Source: Lama glama
Lineage: Eukaryota
Direction: 5' to 3'
Length of the DNA: 64,000 nucleotides
NCBI GenBank assembly: GCA_028534125.1
Contig: CM052818.1
Coordinates: 29,080,001 to 29,144,000 of the forward strand
Numbering within the stretch: position 1 is the first letter of the stretch; each line of letters opens with the position of its first letter. Shown one piece after another: positions 13,072 to 26,289 of the stretch. The position numbers and the translations under genes are program-made. Under the pieces are notes generated by a model. That model did not search any database and had not been told where the DNA came from. It saw nothing but the letters and a program-made list of their open reading frames with translations.

Positions 13072-13710
13072 GGAGGATTCGGGTTCTCCCGGCTCCGGTG
13101 CAGGCATGGCCTAGTCGAAGAACCACAACATATACAACCAGTCCCGAAAATGGCACAGTAACCGGCATCAAAAAACCCTGATCACAACTATACAAATCTC
13201 TTAAGGGAGTGAACCCAAGTTCCTGAGGAACATGTGCTTTACCAAGAAGCACAAGAAGGGCCTGAAGAAGACGCAGGCCAGCAACGCCAAGGCCATGAGT
13301 GCACATGCTGCGGCTGTCAAGGCTCTCGTAAAGCCCAAGGAGGTCAAGCCCAAGATTCCAAAGGGCAGCAGCCAGGAGCTCAGTCGACTTGCCTACATTG
13401 CTCACCCCAAACTCGGGAAATGCACTCGAGCCGGCATCACCAAGGGTCTCAGGCTCTGTCGGCCAAAGGCCAAGGACAAGGCTCAGACCAAGGCCGCAGC
13501 TTCAGCTTCAGCTTTGGCTCCGGCTCTGGCTCAGGCTCCCAAAGGCTCCCAGTCCCCCACAAAGGCTCCAGAGTAGAGGCTTTCATCTATTGATGTGAGG
13601 ATATAAGGACTAGTGTGACCCCTGGGCTGCTGTCTGCATGGGGCTCATGTCTACCTGTGCTGTTTGGACCAATAAACCTGGGGCAGGATCTGTCAAAAAA
13701 AAAAAAAAAA
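13072..13710 (+). pseudogene. RPL29: Processed pseudogene of 60S ribosomal protein L29
   Basis: Intronless. ATG at 13106 is followed by TAG at codon 3, frameshifts and a TGA. Downstream frame KKHKKGLKK...[16 protein letters not shown]...[11 protein letters not shown]...[10 protein letters not shown] matches RPL29. Stop at 13574-13576, AATAAA at 13671, poly(A) 13695-13710; imperfect TSD aaa(t/g)ggattt. Confidence 0.97.
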
Positions 13711-14739
13711 GGGATTTATATATAATATTTTCTACTCACTGGTAGAGTTGTAACATGAAGAAATAAATAAAGATCAATGTGGGAATGACTGTCCTTCATT
13801 ATTGATATTTTCTAAATAATAAATTTACTCCAAAAAAAACAAATAAAATCCATTTTTAATCACATAGGAAAGAACTAGCAAGTATTTAAGAATCCTTCAC
13901 ACTGATGAGGTGATGGACTTCATTGTTTTAGGAGTCTTAAATTATTTGGAATATATGAACCAAAAATACCTTTTGTTTACCTTTTAAAGTGTCCTATATT
14001 ATTTGTTTTATTGAACTTCATGGAGCTCTTCTTAATGAATCATGTACACTTTAAAGAACTAATTAACCTTGACATTTATTGATTTCTTATACTTAGTGCC
14101 TGATTATGTTTCAATGAGAATATTAAGCAGTATACTAAGTAGGGAAGACATTTCCCCAAACACATGTGGGGTAATATCTCAAAGTGGCCCAGCAGAACTC
14201 CCATGGAGTGACGTGTGTGGCAAAAACTAATCCATCTCATTTTATCTGGCACTGATTAGACCCTAAGCTACTATGTCTTATCTAGTTCTCCTTTTTACAA
14301 ATAAATGTGTGGAATTTAACATGAGTGCAGAAGAAAGCATATGCATTATAATGATTAAATAAATTTTTAAGAGACTTTTCTCCCCCAAATGTTTTACATT
14401 GTTATCTCATTTGGTCTTCATACAACTTGATTAGAAGTAAAAACGGAAGTAAAAATCTTTCCTAAACCACCATGAAAAAAAAAAGTCCAAACTCACAGTC
14501 ACAATCCATTTCTCCAAATCAAGGTCAAGTATTATTTCTCTCCCACTGGTATAAACAACAGGCTGAATACTTTGGGGACAAGGGGGGAGAGGCAGCAAAA
14601 ACACAGATAATTAACATATACTCCCTCCCTTATCAAGCTCTTATTTTAGTGGAGTCAGCTAAAACAACTGCAAAACAGCACTCCCTACTTTGTGTTATTC
14701 TTTACTGTCCTAAAAGAACAGAAAATTGTTCCCCATCTC

Positions 14740-15428
14740 AGTAAGTACTAAGATTTCCATTCCAATTGAACAAGCTAGAAACTCAAAAATCTTCCAATTC
14801 TTCCTCCTCCCTCCTCAGCCACATCTGATAAAGTCCATCAGCAAGTCCTGCCAATTTTGCCTCCTAAATATTTCTCATTTTTTCCATCATCATTGGCATC
14901 ACCTGAGTTCAAGCCACCATCATATCCCATATGTATGAATTGCAACTGCCTCCTGAATTCTCTCACTGCTTCCATTCTGGACCTGCCCGATGTATTCTGC
15001 ATGCTGCAACTGGAGTGACCTTGTAAAAACACAAATCTAACCATAAGTTCTCCAACTCAAACCACTCCAGAAACTTATCAAAACCCTTCTGATAAAGCCC
15101 AAATTCCTTACACTGGACTACAAGACTCTTGTTTGGTGTAGCCCAGGGACTGTAAGGCCTTATTTGATGTAGCCCCTGCCTAACTCTCTAGACCCAGCAT
15201 CTACCACTGTTCCACTCTTTGCTTTCTGCTACTTGGGCCTTCCTTCAATTCCTTGAATATTCCTTAGTCTTTACTCCTCCTGGCATTTCCACTTGTTTTT
15301 CTCTTTATCAAGAATGCTCTGCCCCCACCTCACCCTCTATTCACAGCCCAATTATCACTTTTTTATGGAAACATTCATTGACTTCCCAGCCACAATCAGT
15401 TCCTCTCATAAAACTTCACACTCCTAAA

Positions 15429-15468
<40 letters not shown>

Positions 15469-15770
15469 ATATATATGTGTATGTGCATACCTGAATCACT
15501 ATGCTGTACACCTGAAACTAACACATTATAAATCCACTATACATCAATTAAGAAAAAAAACTTCACACTCATCTTTCATAATACCCATCACAACTTATAA
15601 CTATTTATTGTGTGATTGTTTATGTAACATCTATCTCCTAATTCTATCCTGTTCCAACTGCACTGTAAGATCCATGAGGACAAGGACAGTATCTTCTTTG
15701 CTTCCTTTCTATCCTCATAGCCTAGCATCTTGCAAGGTACCCTGTAGGAGCTCAATAATATGTACTAATT
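14740..15770 (+). mobile_element. L2 relic interrupted by an L1 tail
   Basis: L2-like motifs (atcagcaagtcctgccaattttgcctcctaaatatttctc, gtaggagctcaataatat). Confidence 0.7.
15424..15556 (+). mobile_element. Short 5'-truncated L1 3' end containing a (TA)n tract
   Basis: Perfect 14-bp TSD aaaacttcacactc at 15410-15423 and 15557-15570; L1 terminal motif gctgtacacctgaaactaac. Confidence 0.9.
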
Positions 15771-17484
15771 CAACCAAAGGATGGCTAAAAGAAGAAATGC
15801 TAAGATACAGATTACATGAACGAGGTAATATTGGAAATGAGTGGTAAGGGAAAAGCAAAAGTGTGATCATCTTATAGGGCAAGAAAGGGACTTCCAGGTT
15901 TTAAGAACAGTGAGAAACAAAGATGCAGAGTTATAAAGTCATTAAGCAGGAGAGGGACAATGAGAATTCCAGACTTACTGGGTTAAATATAGGGTATACT
16001 GGAATACTAGCCCAGAAAGATGTGGTTCTGTCATAAAAAGCCTGGAATGGAGGATTAAAATTAGTGCTTGCTAACATAGTGAGCCACTGTAATTTTAAGA
16101 GCAGGAGTTGACATGTAAAAGTGAATTATAAATATATATATAAATATATATAAAATATATAAATTTATATTTTTTTATATATATATAAAAAAATTCATGG
16201 CAACAAACAACTACCCAGTGACACAAAATCATAGAAAGCCACTCTCTCTGTGCTTACAGATTTTTAATACTGCAAGGACCCTTAAAGATCATTTTGCTTC
16301 TGTTTCTTGAATTCCTTCAGGAATCTCCTCTGCAAAAGCTATCCACAATCTCTTACAACACCTAGACAACTAAGCATACACCATATCCAGAAACATTCCA
16401 TTTCTATCTTGAGTCCCTCTAATTATCAACTAGGAATGCCTCTAATAAAGTCAAATCTGCATACACATTGCCCCACTTCTACCCTGAAATTCTTTACTCT
16501 TTTTTCTGTTGCTTGAACATAATGTAGATCTGCCCTATGTATTCTCTGTGCGTTTGATAACTACCCAAATACTTCCCTGTCTCTTCCCTGGACTCTTAAT
16601 TGAATCAGAAGACCAAACATTTTAGTAAAGAATCTAAATATTTAAATACAACTAAGAGTGAATTTATATTATTGATGTCCATGTATTACTGGCTAGTGAC
16701 AAGGATGTGAATAAATGACTTCCAAAGATTCCTTCCATTCTTCTCAAACATAGTAAGTGCTTCCTGGACAGGATCACCATATAAGGTACAATGACAGGAA
16801 TGAAGCAGGCAGAAGTCAAAAGAAAGGAGACAAAAGGGGCTCTTCCCTTCATGCCTTGCCCTCCACAGGCCGTTCTGAAGTCAGCAGTTGTCATGAGGTT
16901 AGTCACTAAATCCGTTTCTAAGAAATGAATTCAAATTAAAGCCAAGTACAGCAGGCATTGCTTCCAGAATAATTTGAATCTTCAAGCTGTGCTAAGTGCC
17001 TTTTTGCCTCTACACTTGAAAATTACTACATTTTTCAGTTTGTTTTTATTTGAAAGAAAATGGTTTAGGTGATTATAGAGGAGTAGCTTGTCAATTCCAC
17101 ACAAATTCCACGCATGATTTCTATGCTAAATTCCAAAAGTCTCTTTAATAGATAATTTATGTTCCTCTAAGATAGTTTTATTTTAGAATAATAAAAGCCC
17201 TCAAACTTCCCAGAGGCAAAAAAAAAAAAATGATGCTCAGTGTGAGATCTAAGAGCTAAGCTCTTGCCAGAGGCCTATCCATCTTACAAGATCAAGAGAT
17301 ACTCTCTCCAGTAGTTCTTCGTGGGTGACTGAAAACTGTAGAAGAATGATGAGTCACAAACTGTTGTCCTGGACTTGAGTTCCACCAATGTCAAAAGCAA
17401 AAGAAAGATAAGAATTCCTCAGGATCCCTCATTTGCAAAATTCCTCGTCTCCTGATATCCATTTTCTTAAATTCAATTTTTTTT

Positions 17485-17850
17485 TATTCATTTGGCAAAG
17501 ACTGACTGATCATCTATTATGTGACCAGCACTGTTCTGGGTGCAGGGAATGTAACGGTGAACAAAATAGAAAAAAACTGCTGGAGTTCACATTCTAGGGG
17601 AAGGGAAACAGATCATGAGATTTGTGTTTATGTTTTTCTGCTAAAAAGAAAAAAAATAGGGTGACATCCTAGACAGTGACTATTGGGGCTTGGGGCAGAT
17701 TACACAGGGTGATCAGAAGAGCCATTTCAGTGAAGATATTAGAAGTAAACAAGTGACAAGAAAATCTAGCCATGCAAAAAGGGCTTGGGAAAGAATATTG
17801 CAGGCAGAAGAAAGAGCAAGTGCAAAGGCCTAAGAGAGCTATTCTGTGAG
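17485..17850 (-). mobile_element. L2 3' fragment
   Basis: attcatttggcaaag...ccagcactgttctgggtgcagggaat...tggagttcacattctag...gcaagtgcaaaggcc. Confidence 0.7.
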
Positions 17851-17892
17851 CATGATTACAAGAATGCTCTCAGGAGAATTTCAACATATTTA

Positions 17893-18285
17893 GTGATAGT
17901 GGATACCTTACTTCATTTGAGCATTCAAGTGAGTGCTCAAAGATCAAGGCACTCATTCTCCCAGCTGCCAGACTGTTGCAGCTGAGTCCCACTCCAGGCA
18001 TTGTCCACAGCACAAGAGTCTCCCCTATCCCTTGGTACAGTCTGCATCCAATGACTGGCCACAGAGGTATAAAGATCTAGCTCTCTTCCTTTTAATGGCC
18101 ATCCAGCTCCTAAGCACCCCATGCACTGGCTCTGTGTGATTGTATCACTGCACAACTCTTCCCTCTGCCTGGTCTTACATCCTTTATTCCCCTATAGGTA
18201 CTGATGCTGAGGGTACTTCCCAATGCAGCTTCTACAGGCAGATCTCCCTCTCAGCTGCTCTTTCCCTGGGGAATCCAGCTGAAGC
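17893..18285 (+). mobile_element. Old ERVL-class solo LTR (LTR16-like)
   Basis: Terminal region resembles recalled LTR16 ends (tctccctctcagctgctctttccctggggaatccagctgaag). Confidence 0.5.
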
Positions 18286-18587
18286 TCTGAGTTGACCATT
18301 TAAGACACTTACAAATACTAAAATATTACAGCAGCACCATTACCAAATTTAGGAATCATTTAAGAGTGCCAGTGCTTCTTTAATCAATCTGTCTGTGCTT
18401 AAAAGATAACGTGACACGAGATCCTAACTGGTCTCCATGTTTCTGATATTATTGCTTTGAAATCTGTCCCCACAATGCTGACTGATGCTTCCCAACCACA
18501 AATTTGACCATGGTGATCCCCTCCTGAAACCCTCCCATAGCTCTTAACAGCCTTCAAACGTCAGCACCATGGTGCACAAGTCACTTC

Positions 18588-19184
18588 TGTTACAGTAGGC
18601 AGGCAGCCAGACAATAGCAGTGAAAGAGGGGCACATGCCAAATGACAGGCTACCATCTATCTTGTGAACAACAGGGGTTCTTGGGCAGAAAGAAAAAAGC
18701 AGAAACCTCCAGACTGATAAAAATTTACAAATTTGGGGATGATAAGTGCCCTAGAGGCTGACAAAGATGGAAAAAGGCAGAAATCTCCAAAGTCCCAATG
18801 TAACTTTTCACTCATTATGCCCTCATTACAATAAAATTAGCCTTGCAGACTAGAAGTACCCATCACACACTGACGCCTGACAGTTCTGATCAAGACTAAA
18901 TATGGACAAAAATCCCTCCTCCCCTCAGGAAGGTGGAGCTGGGATGAAAATCAGGGAATATGACCCCAAACCTCTCCCTCTCCAATGAATATTCTATCCA
19001 TTCATTTTTACACTCTATGTAACCAACTTGCCAAAGAAACTCAAGGCAGCACTCACCTGAGTGGCACACTCTTCCATTGAGAGCATTATTATTTATCCCT
19101 TTAATAAATCCACACTTTACTTTGTTGACCTCCGTGTCTTGTCTCTGAATTCTCTCTGTGATGAGAACCTAATCAAGGGCAACA
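18588..19184 (+). mobile_element. ERV1-like solo LTR
   Basis: TGTT...AACA termini, AATAAA near 19103, U5-like gtctctgaattctctctgtgatgagaacc; interrupts an L2 relic. Confidence 0.75.
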
Positions 19185-20089
19185 CACTCTGCCTTCCTGT
19201 TAAACCTTTCCACCCACCTTCTTCTACCCTGAACCCATGGCATTTTGGCTATGCCATTTCACATCCTCTTGCTCATCTCTGAACCTGCAATTTCCTCTGC
19301 TTAGCAAATCATTTTTTATTCTGTAAAGGCACCTTCTTTGAAAACCTTCCTCAGCTCCTATAGCCAGAGTTTCTTATAGCTCTTATAGCTCTATTTTTGT
19401 ACTCTTTTAGTGTTGCACCTATCACTGTAACATCTGCCTATTTTCGCTGTCCAACTGCACTACGATTTCCTAAAAAAAAAAAAAAAAATCCAGGCACTAT
19501 GTCCTATTCAATGTTGACCCCTCCTTGAGCAACCAAAATAGTGCCAGGCACTTTGCAGACACTCACAAAGGTTATCTCTTTCTGACTGACTTTTGAAACA
19601 AAGGCATAGTCACAAAACATATCGGTAACACAGACAGATGCCTTGTTAGCAACCATCCATCTTAGTCAAAAGGTTACTTTTCACTGAGTCCTCAGATAGG
19701 AAGAGCAGGAGCAAAGAAATGCAGAAACTATGTACAATGCTGTTTGGAATACAACTGTAACTGCCAGGCCCCAATCCCTCTAAGTCTCAGGCATCAAAAA
19801 TTTTAAGGACCCTACAGATCACTACATTTCCAAACCCGTTCACTCCAGTTAAACTCTCCCCAAGTGCTTGTTTGTTTGTTTTGTATGTTCACAAGTATAA
19901 ACACCGCCAAAGCAGTCCATGAACTGAAGAAACTAGTTTTCCTGATTTGGCAATTGACAGAGGCAGCTATTTATTCTTCCAGAAACTTTGCTGGGGGGAA
20001 ATGCACTTAAACACTAACCATTGATAATGGTAATGATGAGTCCAAGAGAAATAAAATCTTCCCCTACTGACAATCCCAATGTGCAGAAG

Positions 20090-20340
20090 AGGCAGTGGTG
20101 CAACAACAACAACAAAAAAAAAAAAAAAAACCAGGAGTCTTCAAGATAGGACACTTGTGCTTGAATCCAAGCCCTGCCTCTTAGCAGCACATGATCTTGA
20201 GCCAGATATTTAATTTCTTGTAGCTTGCCTTTCCTCACCTACAAAATAGAGATTAGCCCTAACTCACACTACCTTTGTGAGAATTAAATAAATGGGTCCT
20301 AAGTGAGAAGATGCTTAGTCCAGGCTCTGACATCATTAAG
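20090..20340 (+). mobile_element. MIR SINE
   Basis: ttgaatccaagccctgcctctt...ttcctcacctacaaaatagagat...ttgtgagaattaaataa. Confidence 0.7.
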
Positions 20341-23300
20341 GCCACAAGAATTCTTCATTCAAAGCAACAAGTGTTTTCACAAAAAGCATTTCTCTTATGA
20401 CCTAAAACCCAAGCACAGCAGATCAGAAGAAATTGATTCTTATGAATTAATAACATCACTCTACCCTACATGAGTTTGATATGCTGATTTTGAATTTCTC
20501 ATTTCAGTCTTATTTCTATATGAACAGAAAACCAGTTTATGTAAGAAACTATATCAAATTGTCAACCATATATACTAGGCTTCAGTACCTTTGATTTCTT
20601 TTTCCTAAGTAAGCTGTTTGAAGAATGACAGCTAGACAGTAAAAATACAAATGAAAACCTCTGGAAAGTTAGTAACTTTATAGACTGTTATATCCCAGAA
20701 AATACCTAAGCAGATTAAAACCTTTCTGCATTTTTAAAAAACACATTTTGATCTGACCACCTGCATGCTGAATTGTACAATAACAGAATTTTAAAGGGTT
20801 AGGATAATAAATCTCTCTAATCAACCTATTATAAAAAGCAATACCACAAAAATCTCACCTCTCCAGTACAGTTTAAAAGACAATTTAAATCTGATGGGTG
20901 TAAAATGTTGTGCTTACTTTTCTAAAAATGTTACTTGTTCGTTGAAAGGTTGGTAATAGTAAATGATACAATGCTTGAAATGGGAAGAAAGTAATCGACC
21001 CCCTTTTGTATCTTTTGATACGCAAAATGATAAATCCTGTCAAGTGGACTAGAGGCTAGAGCAAAATTATTAAGAAAAAAACTATTAATCACCCCTTGGT
21101 GTAGCCCTGCTTGATGCAAATTATACTGCTTGTCAAGACTTTTGTTTAGTCACAAATAAAAGGCTTAGTGGATAAAGGTTTGGCCTTTAGCTACAGGTTT
21201 TCTGCCAAACTGTGACCTGAAATGAATGAATTGGTATTGAGTGGGGCCTCATGACTCTGTAATTTAATGCTGACAGTAATTAGCTAAGAAGGAGGTGTCA
21301 TAATGAAAGCCTAGGGCATGGTGTTCATGTGATTTTACCCAGCTCTAATAGATGGCACATCCTTTTTCAGTCTTTTTCATTTACTACCTCTGAAAAAGGA
21401 GAAGGTGCAAGTCATAAAAGATACTGTCTGCTTGACTCTGATAAATCTCTGGACAGTGAAGACCTTGGGTTTAAATTAGCTGTCAGGCTTCAGCCGTCTC
21501 ACTCACCAGCTCACTCCAGAGTTAGCAACAGTGCAAAGACATTATAAATGGATTCATATGTCTTGATTAATGCCTTCTTTTGTAAACAGACTTTCTGCAT
21601 AGAGCTGTGCCATAGTAGATGCCCTGTTCTAAAGGTTAATCTTCACATCAATAGCATATTCAAGACATTCTGCTTTTTCACAATTCTTCTTTTCTTTTTG
21701 AATTTCAAATTCTTTTAGAATAAACGAGAAAGAGGAGCCCTAATAGCAGAATCAGAATCTATTGTTAGAAACTTCCTGTGTAAATAAAAGATCATTCCTG
21801 CACATCTGGCTATTTCATAGGACATAGGAAATCCTCTGTATGATTCAACACTGAAGCCCTTCCTTCTTGGCTCTTAAAAAATTGCTTTAACAGGGAAGGC
21901 TCACAGCTAAATTACCCCACTGTGCCTCCAGCTTCAGATAACTTGCCTGATGTATCAGTGCTTTTGTAAAAAGTAGTCTGATGTTAGATGCTGGTGAGTA
22001 TCTGACTGTATAATCAAACACCGGAGGCCTGTCCTTTTCTAACTGCTGCCAATCTTTGTGTTGCCTGAATGCCACTTTGCTACTACAGGGAAAAACTAGT
22101 GAGAAATAAGGATGCAAGAGGATAGTGTGTCAGTACATTTCACTTAATCCAAAATTTTAGTTCAGAAAAAAAGAGTTGATATGAGATTTTCTGTCACCTC
22201 AATTATTCTCAATGAATGGGAAGCAAATCTTCCTTTTAAATGTTTACTGACATTATCATTTACTCAGCTTTATAAAGCATTTTGTTGACATAAATTAGGT
22301 CTTTTGTTTACTCTATTCCAGATAGGAGCAAAAATAAAACCTTTGATAAAAATAGCTATCTAATTACTTCATTATCTTAGAAAATCAGAAATTCTACAAA
22401 AGATTAGTGGGTTACATTAGTCCATTTCCAATGATAATATAATAAGAAAATAAGACTTATGTGCAGGGAATTGGTTATTAATTCTAGTTTGTTTATCAGG
22501 GTCTTTTTTCATCTATTTACAGACTATGTTTGTACTTTGGATTTTTAGAACATCTATTCTCTCCATGTTCAAATGAAGTAAGACAATACAGTTCCCCAAA
22601 ATTGAGAGATTATCTGGTATTTGTCACTGTTCACCTCCAATTATTGCATGTTATTACTCTATGCCATCTTTCCTCTTTTGAAATATAATCATGCTGCAAT
22701 AAAGAGGCTTCTAATATAATCTGAGTGAAATCAGTAAATTGATAGAAAGGTTCACGGAAACCCATCTACTTTCCTGTCTTTATGACTGAGGCATCAGAAA
22801 GGAACCCTCATCTCCAACAGAAGAACCGTAAGAACTAGAACTGGCAGGAAACAAATGAACAAGGAATCCTTCCTTGGGAGAAATGGGGTCAAGTGCTTAA
22901 GCAAGATACAAGAATATGGAACAAAGTGAGCACATTTTAGGTCCTGAAGAACAAAACCCCCAGCACTGATTCCAGTCGTTTTACCAGGCTCCAACTACAG
23001 TACAGTTGTAGACCAAGCCTGAGAAAACAGAAACAAAGTCATGGCACTACTAAATGGGATTTGTGAGCCAAGAATCAACCAGAAGCAGAACAAGAAAAGC
23101 ATTTAGCAGAAAAGAGGTAATACTTTCTTTGGGAGAAAAATTAGGATATGACATTAGAAAGAATAAAAGGTTCTTTTTAATGAATCCACAGGGTCCTCAG
23201 TGCCTGAAAAGTTGAGTTATGTAGCACCATACAAACAAAGATCATCCCCAAAAGGGCAAAAGATGCCAGTGTATACTTTATGTAAAATTTCAGATCAAAA

Positions 23301-23413
23301 GTTGTAGTGATGGGCTAAGCCTGGTGGCTTACATTTTGGACAGGAAAGAATTAGCACAAAATAGGAATAAGGACGTCTTTAAAACGAAAAGCATATATAC
23401 ATTTTTTAAATAC

Positions 23414-23872
23414 TGCAGTAGGCTGAACAATGGCCCCCAAAGATATCCAGGACCTAATCCCTGGAGCCTGTGAATGTTTCCTTCTGTGGCAGAAGAAACT
23501 TTACAGATGGAAGATTCTTGTGATGGGGATTATCCTGAATTTTCTAGTTGAGCTCTAAACATAATCTCAGGTATCCTTATAGGAGAGGGCAGAGAGAGAT
23601 TTGATGACAGAAGAGGAGATGTGATGATGGAAACAAGAGACTAGAGTGATCTAAGGAAAGTGTCAGTAAAAGAATGCAGGCAACCTCCAGAAGCTAGAAA
23701 AGGCAAGGAAATGCATTCCCCTGATAGCCTTCCAAAAAAACCAGCCCTGCTGACACTGACTTTTGAATGATTTTAGACATATGCCTCCAGAATGGTAAGA
23801 GAACAAACCTGTGTTGTTTGAAGCCACTGGGTTTGTGGCAATTTGTTAAAGCAGAGAGGAGACACTAAGACA
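23414..23872 (+). mobile_element. MaLR solo LTR (MLT1D-like)
   Basis: TG...CA; aatggcccccaaagatatcc start and aagccact...tttgtggcaatttgtta end; 5-bp TSD aatac/aatat. Confidence 0.85.
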
Positions 23873-24051
23873 AATATGTTTGGTTTTAACTTAATGTTAG
23901 GCAGCCTGAGACATAAGAAAGGTAAAATAGAAAAATAGACAAATATGTAGTAGTAAATTCTCTAGTATTTTAAAGAACAAAGGTCAACTTCTAAATCTAA
24001 ACATCATTTGCGCAAAGTTCATTTTGACCAGTGCTTTGATTCCTAAAGGGA

Positions 24052-24523
24052 TGTTACACTGGCTATGACTCAATAACATTCCAGCACTCTTTTGTACATA
24101 CTCTCTTGGTACTGCAAGGGCTAGAAGTTTGGGAACTACATTTCCCAGAATGTCTTTCCAGTAGGATATCGACTGAGATTCCATCAAACAGAAGCACTTA
24201 CGTGAGATCTGGAAGGCGAGGAGGAGGCAGAATCTACTCTTTCTCATACAGCAGTCCAGACTTCTGCAGCAATGGCATCAGTAACAGCTTACTTCATGGC
24301 TTTATGGTCTACTATCAGGCTTCAGCTGGAATGTAGGCAGCAGCTGACTACAATTCTCTGATTTCTGGGAACACCTCCCCACTTCCTCCTTCTCTTCTCT
24401 GGCCTTTCCTACAATTTTGCAAGCACCTAATTCCCTGGGGAAAAAAAAAATATTTTTTTCCTCGAAAAACCTGCAGACATCTAGGGTAATTTCTATTCTT
24501 CTCATTGAACACTAACTGATGTA
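24052..24523 (+). mobile_element. Old ERVL solo LTR (LTR33-like)
   Basis: Contains aactacatttcccagaatg and ends tgaacactaactgatgta, as recalled for the LTR33 group. Confidence 0.55.
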
Positions 24524-26289
24524 AATTAGAATTTAGAAAAGGAAATTATCCTTTCTTTAAAAATCTAGTTATGTTTCCCAACTAAAGTAACTATAAAATA
24601 TTCTGACATATTGTTTAAACTTCCAAAATATTTCCTAAGCATAATAATTCAGAGAAAAAGAAGTTCTCTTTCATAAGTCTTGAGATTGACTCTATGTGTG
24701 TAAAGAACAGTTAATAATATGGAGAGCATAGGGTTAGTGTATGTGAATAGCAACAGGTTGAATATTCATCTTATAAGTATTGTATTACACAAGACAATTT
24801 GTACAAGTTTGTGCTACTGGGTAGAAGGAAATGCTGAGTTCTGGCAATAAGTAAGGGAATAAGAAACCCTGAAGCGGCATTTTGTTTTTCCTTTTCTCTT
24901 TAGTATTTTTTGATTATTTCTGAATAATTTAGACATTTGGATAGTTTTTGTTTCTATGCTATCTAATACTGTAAGAATCCTTGCCCATATCCCTCACTTG
25001 GTCTATATCAAAGTTAGTTATCACCCTCCTAGTATAAAATTTAGATATTATATACATTTTAATATAACAACCTTAGAGATATAATTCATATAAAATTCAC
25101 CCTTTTAAAGTACATTCACAGAGTTGTGCAATCATTACCAATATCTAATTTCAGAACATTTCAACACCATAAAAAAAAATTTTGCACCCATTAGCAGTCT
25201 CTCCTCATTTCACTCTATTCTAGCCCCAAGCAACTACTATTCTACTTTTGGTCTCAATGAATTTGCCTATTTTGGACATTTCATATAAATGGAATGATAC
25301 AATATGTACTCTTTTGTGATTAGCTTTTTTCATTAAGTATAATGTTTTCAAGGTTCATCCATGACATAGCATGTATCAATGCTTTATTCCTTGTTATTGC
25401 CAAATAATTCCACTGAACAGATTTACCACATTTTGTTTATCCACTCATCAATTTATGGATAGGAGTTGTTTATACTTTTCGGGCATTATGAGTAATGTTG
25501 CTGTGAACATTAGTATACAGGCTTTACTGTGGACATATGTTTCCAATTCTCAGATATATACCTAGGGGTAGACTGCTGCCTCAAGTGTTAACTCTAAATT
25601 TAACATTTTGAAGACTTCCCAGACTGTTTTCCAAAATAGCGTGATTATAAAATGATACAGCTAACGACATGAGGGCTTTAATTTCTCCGCATCTTTGTCA
25701 ATGCTTATTATTTTCCTTTCTAAATTATTACTATTATAGACATTCTAGTGACAAGTGATATCTCATTGAGATTTTGCATTTCCCTAATGACAATAAGCAC
25801 CTTCTCATGATCTTATTGGATATTTGTATTTACTCTCTGCAAAAATATCTATTCAAATCACTAATTTTTTACTTGGATTATTTGTCATTTTATTTTAGGT
25901 TGTAGGAGATAAATTTATACTCTGGATTCTAGTCCCTCTATTGAATATATTCTTAGCAAATATTTTCACCCATTCTTTGGGTTATCTTTTTAATTTCTTG
26001 ATGGTGTTTCTCTGAAGCACAGAAGTGTTTATGTTGAAATTAAATCTATTTTTTTTCTTTTGTGGTGCTTTTGGTGTCATACATAAGAAATCATCACTTA
26101 ATTCAAAGACATAAAGATTTACTCACATGATTTCTTCTAAGACTTATACTTTTAGCTCTTACATTTAGGACTTTGATCCATTTGGAGTTAAATTTAGTAT
26201 ATAGTGTAGTGTAGGAGTCCAAAGTCATTCTTTTGCCATATGGATATCCAGTTGTCCCAGTACCATTTATTAAAGAATATTCTTTCTAT

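Noticed and set aside
13058..13598. Overlapping alternative-frame and antisense ORFs
   Set aside because: By-products of the GC-rich RPL29 retrocopy
16125..16195. AT-only quasi-palindrome
   Set aside because: Low-complexity (TA)n decay; symmetry is expected by chance
21894..21993. Plus-strand exon-like segment (ttgctttaacAG...CTG|GTGAGT)
   Set aside because: Stops in all three frames; no support as a coding exon
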